Source: Methanococcoides methylutens
Lineage (GTDB): Archaea > Halobacteriota > Methanosarcinia > Methanosarcinales > Methanosarcinaceae
Length of the DNA: 32,000 nucleotides
Assembly (NCBI RefSeq): GCF_000765475.1
Contig: NZ_JRHO01000014.1
Span: 61,574 to 93,573 of the forward strand
Reading direction: 5' to 3'
Shown: positions 26,509-32,000 of the stretch, in pieces
Position numbering within the stretch: position 1 is the stretch's first letter
How the letters are laid out: every line of letters begins with the position of its first letter
Notes under the pieces: model-generated
Told to the model about the DNA's origin: nothing
What the model saw: only the letters and a program-made list of their open reading frames with translations
Databases searched by the model: none
Position numbers and translations under genes: made by a program

Positions 26509-28251
26509 TTACTTAGATGAAGCACCGTAAAAAGACCTGTTCTGCCTTGAAGGATCAAAGGAAAAACCATAGAACTTTTCATAAAACCGGTTTGCTTCCT
26601 TTTCAATGTCAAAATCAAAGATATCCGGATGCAACTTGTTTGCGATATACATCAGTCCCAATATCCATCTCGGACTTCCGAAATCCCAGGATGGCCGAAG
26701 GCCGTATATCTGTCTGCTCTTTACAGCATCTGCCGAAAGACCATGCTTTTCACAATAATCATATGAATCGGAAACAGGGGTTGAAAGAAAACCGGATATG
26801 AATATAAATTCAGGATTCATTTCGGCAAATTCTTCCTGAGAAATATTAACTCCGGGTTTACCCTCTCTCTTGATCAGCTGATTTACACTTTCCCCGCCGG
26901 CAGCTTCAACAAGATTGTTCTCAATACGCTCTCCGTTGAGCGCAAAAAGAGGATATCCCATAGAATAATAAACCCGTGGCCTTCCAGTGTTTTTTACTCC
27001 CGACCTGATAAGGTCCAGTTTCTCCTTCATATAATCCACAAGTTCCATTCCTTCCCTTTTTTTGTCTGCAAGGGCGGCAAAATGCTCAATTACATCAAAA
27101 TAGGAATCAAGGTTCTGTGAACTGGTATGAAGCTCCTCCAAATATCCGGTTTCCATGACATTTAGCCATATTTCGGCAAGTTTCCTGTCGTCTCTTATCC
27201 CAAGGCAGATCAGAATCGCATGGATCATCTCCAGAGCCCGGGTAAGCCTGTATCCTCCCATAAAACCCGGTTCATGATGATTTTTTTTGCTGATGTAGCC
27301 CCTGAAAAGATCCGGGACGGAGCATTCACATTTTCCTTCAGGCAGGTATGCTATTGTGCGTGAACCCATGGGACCGAAGAACTCCCTTTGAAAAATCACC
27401 TGACCACATTCGGGACATACCGTATTCAAATATTCGGTACCCGGAGAATTAAACAAATAGACATAAGTAAGATCTTGCCTTAATTTGTCACACAGAATTT
27501 CAGCGTCCCTGATCGTTGGTTCGATCTGCGGGACTGCATCCCCAAAAGGCACAAACCTCATAATCTGGAACGGTATATCCTTTGAAAGAGAAAAAACATA
27601 TTTAGCAGTATTTATAACCTCATCTTCTGAACCTTTGATGTAGATGGTAGAAACTTCAACATGAACATCACTTTCATTCAATAGTTTCAGATTCCTGAAA
27701 ACAGGTTCTGAGCTTTTGACCCCGCAGGAAATATATCTTTCATCGGAGAAGCCTTTTATTCCGACATTTACAAAATCAATTAACGGGATAAGTTCTTTTA
27801 ATGCGCTTTCTGCAAAATAGCCATTTGTTGAACACCCGATAAACAGGTCGTTTTCCTTAGCCTTTCTGGCAAGGTCCTTAAACGTGAAAAATGAAACGAT
27901 CGGATCGTTAAGACAAAAAACGATCCCGATACAATCTTCCTCAAGAGCTTTTTTTATTACCTGGTCATTACTCATTCCGCCATTCTTTTTACCTGAAACA
28001 AGCCGTGAAGCAATGATCTCTGATACGCAACCCTCACATTTAAAATTGCAGCCAATGGTACACACCTGCAGGAATTTTCCTCGTGGATGAAAATGAAGGA
28101 TCGGAACAGTTTCAATAGAAATTGGCAGCATCGTAAAGTAGTTGCATGGGAATCTCTCAACGATCTTATCGCCCTCAATGGCATACATACGACATTGGCC
28201 ATATTTTCCTTCTGCGATATTGCAACCGATCTCACATATGGTGCATTGCAT
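26509..28251 (-). CDS. Radical SAM enzyme (PflA/AmmeMemoRadiSam-like activase fold) fused to a C-terminal periplasmic-binding-protein type 2-like (SBP C-lobe) domain
   Basis: The CxxxCxxC motif CNFKCEGC lies at nt 28027-28050. Before it come an N-terminal Cys cluster (CTICEIGCNIAEGKYGQC) and PILHFHPRGKFLQVCTIGCN, as in COG1180-type radical SAM proteins. A second Cys4 is present (CPECGQ...CEC). The C-terminal ~180-230 aa (nt ~26557-27249) align by eye with the C-lobe of the operon's SBP. Its start lies 2 nt after the methyltransferase stop. Confidence 0.75.
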   Translation of the reverse strand: MQCTICEIGCNIAEGKYGQCRMYAIEGDKIVERFPCNYFTMLPISIETVPILHFHPRGKFLQVCTIGCNFKCEGCVSEIIASRLVSGKKNGGMSNDQVIKKALEEDCIGIVFCLNDPIVSFFTFKDLARKAKENDLFIGCSTNGYFAESALKELIPLIDFVNVGIKGFSDERYISCGVKSSEPVFRNLKLLNESDVHVEVSTIYIKGSEDEVINTAKYVFSLSKDIPFQIMRFVPFGDAVPQIEPTIRDAEILCDKLRQDLTYVYLFNSPGTEYLNTVCPECGQVIFQREFFGPMGSRTIAYLPEGKCECSVPDLFRGYISKKNHHEPGFMGGYRLTRALEMIHAILICLGIRDDRKLAEIWLNVMETGYLEELHTSSQNLDSYFDVIEHFAALADKKREGMELVDYMKEKLDLIRSGVKNTGRPRVYYSMGYPLFALNGERIENNLVEAAGGESVNQLIKREGKPGVNISQEEFAEMNPEFIFISGFLSTPVSDSYDYCEKHGLSADAVKSRQIYGLRPSWDFGSPRWILGLMYIANKLHPDIFDFDIEKEANRFYEKFYGFSFDPSRQNRSFYGASSK

Positions 28252-28253
28252 AT

Positions 28254-28907
28254 TTATTCCACCTTCCTGAACAGTATCCAGAAACCGGATTCATCTTCTA
28301 TTATCTCATAATGCCCTATTTCGGCAGTTAACAGCGCCTTTTTAAAAGAGTCGAGTTTGGATCGTTCCAATCTTTTTGCGGCAGTTTGGGACCAGTTCTC
28401 ATCCCTTTTTTCCATTTCCCGTGTGATCTTTGACTTCAGTTCAGCTGTTCCGAAGCCACCCCCTATATAGGCTGATCCACCGGGTTTCAGTACCCGGTAT
28501 ATCTGCCTGAAGGCTTCAGGCACATTTTCCCAGAAAAAGAGGGAACCACGACTTACGATCAGCTCAGCAAAGTTATCATCAAAAGGCATGTCATGAACAT
28601 CCCCCAGTACAGGGATCACCTTCTCGTCGAGGTTGCCTGAATCAATCCTTTTCTTTGCTATAGCAACCATTTTTTCAGAGAAATCCATTGCATAGACCTG
28701 ACCAACCATGATCTTGCTAATGGCAATTGCAAGTGATGCGGGACCACTGCCCACATCAATGCAAATCCCACTGTTGATATTGCACCTGTCTATAATCTGC
28801 TCTGAAATAACAGGATATATAGGTGCAAAGACATTGGTCGCAACATCTTCAAACTCTTCGGCATAATCATCATGAAATCGAACTTTATCACTTGATCTGT
28901 CTATCAT
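28254..28907 (-). CDS. Class I SAM-dependent methyltransferase (Methyltransf_11/25-like)
   Basis: Motif I ICIDVGSGPASLA (nt ~28737-28757), post-I acidic AMDFS, VLGDVHDMPFDDNFAELIVS, and LKPGGSAYIGG. AGGTGG lies ~8 nt upstream of the ATG. Confidence 0.8.
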   Translation of the reverse strand: MIDRSSDKVRFHDDYAEEFEDVATNVFAPIYPVISEQIIDRCNINSGICIDVGSGPASLAIAISKIMVGQVYAMDFSEKMVAIAKKRIDSGNLDEKVIPVLGDVHDMPFDDNFAELIVSRGSLFFWENVPEAFRQIYRVLKPGGSAYIGGGFGTAELKSKITREMEKRDENWSQTAAKRLERSKLDSFKKALLTAEIGHYEIIEDESGFWILFRKVE

Positions 28908-28936
28908 TTAATCCACCTTCTGTTTTGTAAAAACCA

Positions 28937-30019
28937 TTAATTGGATTTAGAAGCTGGATTCAATAGTTCATCCAACTCAGTTCCCGACAGTTCATAGTGA
29001 TAGAACTCTGAATAGAATTCCTTAACAAAACCCCTGAGGTCAAGATCGCTGAACTCTTCCGGATACAGCACTTTGGCTGTCCATGGTATACCGATTATCC
29101 TGTTCACTCCCGGTGGCCTGTCAAACCAGCAAAAAGGAGCATCCGGGAATAGATATACCTCATGGTCCTTTACCGCAGTGATATCATGCCAGAGAGGGTC
29201 TTCATATATATTTTCATAGAAGTCACGGTCACCTGTGATGATGACTTCAGGATCCCATTGCAATACCTGTTCGATGGATACCTCTGACCTTCCGTATCCT
29301 ATGTCAAGCGGACATTCTGCTACGTTGATGCCACCACATATTTCGATCAATTGACTGTGGGGAGAGCCCTTAGGATCTGTCAGCAGCCCTTCCGGACCTT
29401 CTGCATAATAGACACGCTTCCTTTCATCTTCAGGTATCTGTGAGACCTTTGTAGTGACAGTGTCAAGTGTTCCTTTATAGAAAGAGATTAATTGCCCTGC
29501 CCGTTCTTCTTCCCCCAGAAGTTCACCCATAAATCGTATTGGTTCTTCATAGGCCGTGGCATCGGTTGTCGATTCAATACCTACAACAGGAATTGTACCA
29601 AACTTTTCCTGTCTTGCATTGATAGTAGAAGTAACATCCCCTCCGCTATTGTAGCCTTCAAAGACAACATCAGGACCGATAGATATAATGGTTTCATAAT
29701 TTCCATCCTGTTTACCAAACCACCCGCCAATCACAGGAACAGCCTGGTACTCTGGTTTCAGATATGTTTCCGATTCCTGTGGCAGAAAATTCCAGCCTGC
29801 CAATTTATCGGGAGCCAGCATGTAAATGAGCATTGTTGCAGGAGGAGAGGTAGCAACTACTTTGTTCACATCGGCTGGAATTTCAACTGTCCTTCCTGCC
29901 ATATCGGTTATCGATATTGTGTTCTGCGCATAAGTTTCTTTTTGATCAACACATGCGCTTGAGCATACCGCAAACAAGACCACACATATCAATAAAATGG
30001 ATCTGAATTTTTTATTCAT
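28937..30019 (-). CDS. ABC transporter substrate-binding (lipo)protein, Fe-siderophore/heme/cobalamin type (periplasmic binding protein type 2)
   Basis: Signal/lipobox-like N-terminus (MNKKFRSILLICVVLFAVCSSAC). GRTVEIPADVNKVVATSPPATMLIYMLAPDKLAGW, DVVF, RVYYAEG, WDPEVIIT and AVKDHEVYLFP are characteristic of FecB/BtuF-like class III SBPs. Confidence 0.85.
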   Translation of the reverse strand: MNKKFRSILLICVVLFAVCSSACVDQKETYAQNTISITDMAGRTVEIPADVNKVVATSPPATMLIYMLAPDKLAGWNFLPQESETYLKPEYQAVPVIGGWFGKQDGNYETIISIGPDVVFEGYNSGGDVTSTINARQEKFGTIPVVGIESTTDATAYEEPIRFMGELLGEEERAGQLISFYKGTLDTVTTKVSQIPEDERKRVYYAEGPEGLLTDPKGSPHSQLIEICGGINVAECPLDIGYGRSEVSIEQVLQWDPEVIITGDRDFYENIYEDPLWHDITAVKDHEVYLFPDAPFCWFDRPPGVNRIIGIPWTAKVLYPEEFSDLDLRGFVKEFYSEFYHYELSGTELDELLNPASKSN

Positions 30020-30054
30020 GGAATATCCTCTATAATAAGAACTTTACTTCTACC

Positions 30055-30070
30055 ACATATTGCGATATGT
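30055..30070 (-). promoter_or_regulatory. Inverted repeat ACATAT-N4-ATATGT between a TATA-like box and the SBP start codon; candidate operator
   Basis: Perfect 6-bp arms at 30055-30060 and 30065-30070, 36 nt upstream of the ATG at 30019. A TATA-like TTTATCTA (minus strand, 30088-30095) sits ~25 nt upstream, which places the expected transcription start inside the palindrome. The arms are short and AT-rich, so chance occurrence is plausible. Confidence 0.25.
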
Positions 30071-30140
30071 TTGGATGAACATAACGATAGATAAAGTTTT
30101 CTAAATGAGTCGAGATGCTAACAGGACCAAAAAGATTCTC

Positions 30141-30205
30141 AAAGAAGAAAAGAAAAGAAAAGAAAACCGAACAACTCGAATTAATCAAGCCAGTCTTTAA
30201 AAAAA
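30141..30205 (-). terminator. Oligo-T tracts downstream of the adenine deaminase gene (minus strand)
   Basis: On the minus strand, a T7 run (30199-30205) lies 35-41 nt after the ade stop. It is followed by GGTTTTCTTTTCTTTTCTTTTCTTC (30141-30168). These are archaeal-type oligo-T termination signals. Confidence 0.45.
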
Positions 30206-30239
30206 GAAAGTGGAAATACAGATCAAAACATTTATGCCT

Positions 30240-31985
30240 TTAAATTTTTTTATCTTCCACTATTGGAGATACCAGACTAAAAGTATCTACATCAAAAAGC
30301 CCCATATCCGTAAGCCTTAAAGAGGGAATCACCGGGAGAGCTATGAAAGAGTGGGTTATGAACGGTGCCGGAAGGCTGCAACCGATACTTTTTACTGCCA
30401 TGTGAAGATCGTTCAATCTTTTTTCAACCTCTTCGACCGGAAGAGTGCTCAACAGCCCGGCAAATGGTAGTTCAAGCTTGCCCACCACCTTACCATCGCT
30501 GACAACACATATACCGCCATTCATCTCACGGATGGTATTGGCACACAATGCCATATCCGAATGGTTGTCCCCGGTTACAACAACGTTATGACTGTCATGA
30601 CCTATACTCTGGCCGATAGCACCATTGCTGATACCTATTCCTTTGATAAAGCCAAGACCGATGTTACCATTCCTGCCATGCCTTTCGATTACGACAACAC
30701 TCAAGATATCGTTACCAAGGTCCGGAAGCAGTACACCATTGGTGTCTGAATGAAGTATAACACTTTCTTTTTCCGTAAGGATCAGGTCGGGCAGGACCTT
30801 TATCACTGAAACTCGGTGATCACTGTCGGGACCTGCTGTCAGTTGCAGATCAGACGGCCTGACCTGTGGGAATCGCACCGTATCAAAAACCACATTCGGA
30901 TAGTCATAGGAAGCAGTAAAACCTTCAACAGCCTTTCCTGCAGCATATACCGAATCTATGCTGAAAGTATCAAGGTCGTTAAGTACGACCAGATCGGCCT
31001 TCCTGCCAATTGAAATAGAGCCAACGACATTGTCAAGATGATAGTGCTTTGCGGTATTGATGCTTGCCATGCAGATCGCATCGATAGGGGAAAGTCCCAT
31101 TGCTATAGCTCTCCTGACGATCACATCCATATAGCCTTTCATCAGGTCGGATGGATGCTTGTCATCGGTCACAAAGAAAACGTTCTCAAGGGAAACTCCA
31201 TCCTCAATAAGTCTTGGAAGGAACCTATCAAGGGATTTAGCTGCAGACCCCTCCCTTATCATAAGCTTCATTCCAAGACGCAGTTTCTCCAGTGCCTCTT
31301 CATATTCAATAGATTCGTGGTCCGTAGATATTCCGGCTGCCATATAACCCCATAATTGTTCTCCGGAAATTGCCGGACAGTGACCATCGACCACGAGCCT
31401 GTCCTTAAGTGCAGCCCTTATTATGGACAACTTGTTCTCATCCCCGAACAATACGCCGGGATAGTCCATCATCTCACCAAGGCCAACAACATTCTCGTTA
31501 TCGATCAGCGAATCAATATCATCTGCACTGATGGATGCACCTGCTGTTTCAAAAGTGGTTGCAGGAACACAGGATGAGATTGCTACAAAAGCATTCAAAA
31601 GCAGTGATGACGCTTCTTCAAGCACAAGTTCGATGCCTTTTTTACCAAGGACATTGGCTATCTCATGGGGATCAATCACAACAGATGTTGTACCGTGTTG
31701 CAGAGCAGGTACCGAAAACTGACTCAGGGTAACCATACTTGATTCAAAATGGACATGTCCGTCGACAAGCCCCGGACAGATGTAGCGACCACTTACATCG
31801 ATGAGATGAGTGGCATCTCCTTTAAGGCAGGAAACATCACCGATGCCTACAATGTAACCGTCCTTAACTGCAATGTCCCAGTCCAGAATCTCTTTCGTAT
31901 TAACGTTAACAATACAACCACCAGTAAAGATCGTGTCTGCTTTAACTTTGCCTGTAGCTGCAAATATCCTGTCCTTTATGTCCAT
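30240..31985 (-). CDS. ade: Adenine deaminase (amidohydrolase superfamily)
   Basis: GRYICPGLVDGHVHFESSMVTLSQFSVPALQHGTTSVVIDPHEIANV matches the adenine deaminase metal-binding HxH block, and downstream TDHES and GHDSHN blocks are present. The length of 581 aa is typical. Confidence 0.87.
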   Translation of the reverse strand: MDIKDRIFAATGKVKADTIFTGGCIVNVNTKEILDWDIAVKDGYIVGIGDVSCLKGDATHLIDVSGRYICPGLVDGHVHFESSMVTLSQFSVPALQHGTTSVVIDPHEIANVLGKKGIELVLEEASSLLLNAFVAISSCVPATTFETAGASISADDIDSLIDNENVVGLGEMMDYPGVLFGDENKLSIIRAALKDRLVVDGHCPAISGEQLWGYMAAGISTDHESIEYEEALEKLRLGMKLMIREGSAAKSLDRFLPRLIEDGVSLENVFFVTDDKHPSDLMKGYMDVIVRRAIAMGLSPIDAICMASINTAKHYHLDNVVGSISIGRKADLVVLNDLDTFSIDSVYAAGKAVEGFTASYDYPNVVFDTVRFPQVRPSDLQLTAGPDSDHRVSVIKVLPDLILTEKESVILHSDTNGVLLPDLGNDILSVVVIERHGRNGNIGLGFIKGIGISNGAIGQSIGHDSHNVVVTGDNHSDMALCANTIREMNGGICVVSDGKVVGKLELPFAGLLSTLPVEEVEKRLNDLHMAVKSIGCSLPAPFITHSFIALPVIPSLRLTDMGLFDVDTFSLVSPIVEDKKI

Positions 31986-32000
31986 GACAGGTTTTTTGGC

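Noticed and set aside
30141-30167. An (AGAAA)n-like simple repeat considered as a microsatellite or regulatory repeat
   Set aside because: On the minus strand it reads as consecutive T-tracts directly downstream of the adenine deaminase stop. It is most simply an archaeal oligo-T terminator region.
1-32000. Recoding events (in-frame UAG pyrrolysine or UGA selenocysteine) expected in some methanogen genes, and frameshifted pseudogenes
   Set aside because: Every family-assignable gene is a single uninterrupted ORF of normal length. No pair of adjacent same-frame fragments separated by TAG or TGA was seen.

Overview
This window looks like a chromosomal segment of a methanogenic archaeon, probably Methanosarcinales (Methanococcoides, Methanohalophilus or Methanolobus type). 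That placement is an inference from an HdrA-MvhD fusion, archaeal GatE, GpgS/GpgP-type compatible-solute genes, GGTGA-like ribosome-binding sites and oligo-T terminators.

Gene content from left to right:
- 1-14.3 kb is housekeeping: hdrA (5'-partial) with a polyferredoxin, a large KaiC-like/PPDK_N protein, gatE, a PD40 beta-propeller membrane protein, and carA-carB-argG.
- About 14.44-16.22 kb is a sharply AT-rich insertion. It carries an orphan protein with a RecB/Cas4-like PD-(D/E)XK motif set and a convergent, apparently 5'-truncated small ORF.
- 16.3-20.4 kb holds a 58-aa 2x[4Fe-4S] ferredoxin that is absent from the ORF track, a CDGSH iron-sulfur protein, a secreted SdrD-B-like protein with a near-identical 333-nt internal tandem duplication, a class I aminotransferase, and a small Cys-rich protein.
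- 20.4-24.5 kb is a glucosylglycerate-type locus: gpgS divergent from a gpgP-unknown-GH15-like hydrolase operon.
- 24.6-30.0 kb is a tightly packed five-gene minus-strand operon. A siderophore/cobalamin-type ABC importer (SBP, permease, ATPase) encloses a class I SAM methyltransferase and a radical-SAM enzyme. The C-terminal third of that enzyme is a paralog of the operon's own substrate-binding protein.
- 30.2-32.0 kb is adenine deaminase.

I recognised no rRNA, tRNA, CRISPR array, transposase or integrase. The two best candidates for an undescribed system are the import-and-modify ABC/radical-SAM/methyltransferase operon and the low-GC island nuclease. Every family assignment comes from motif recognition by eye and needs HMM or BLAST confirmation.
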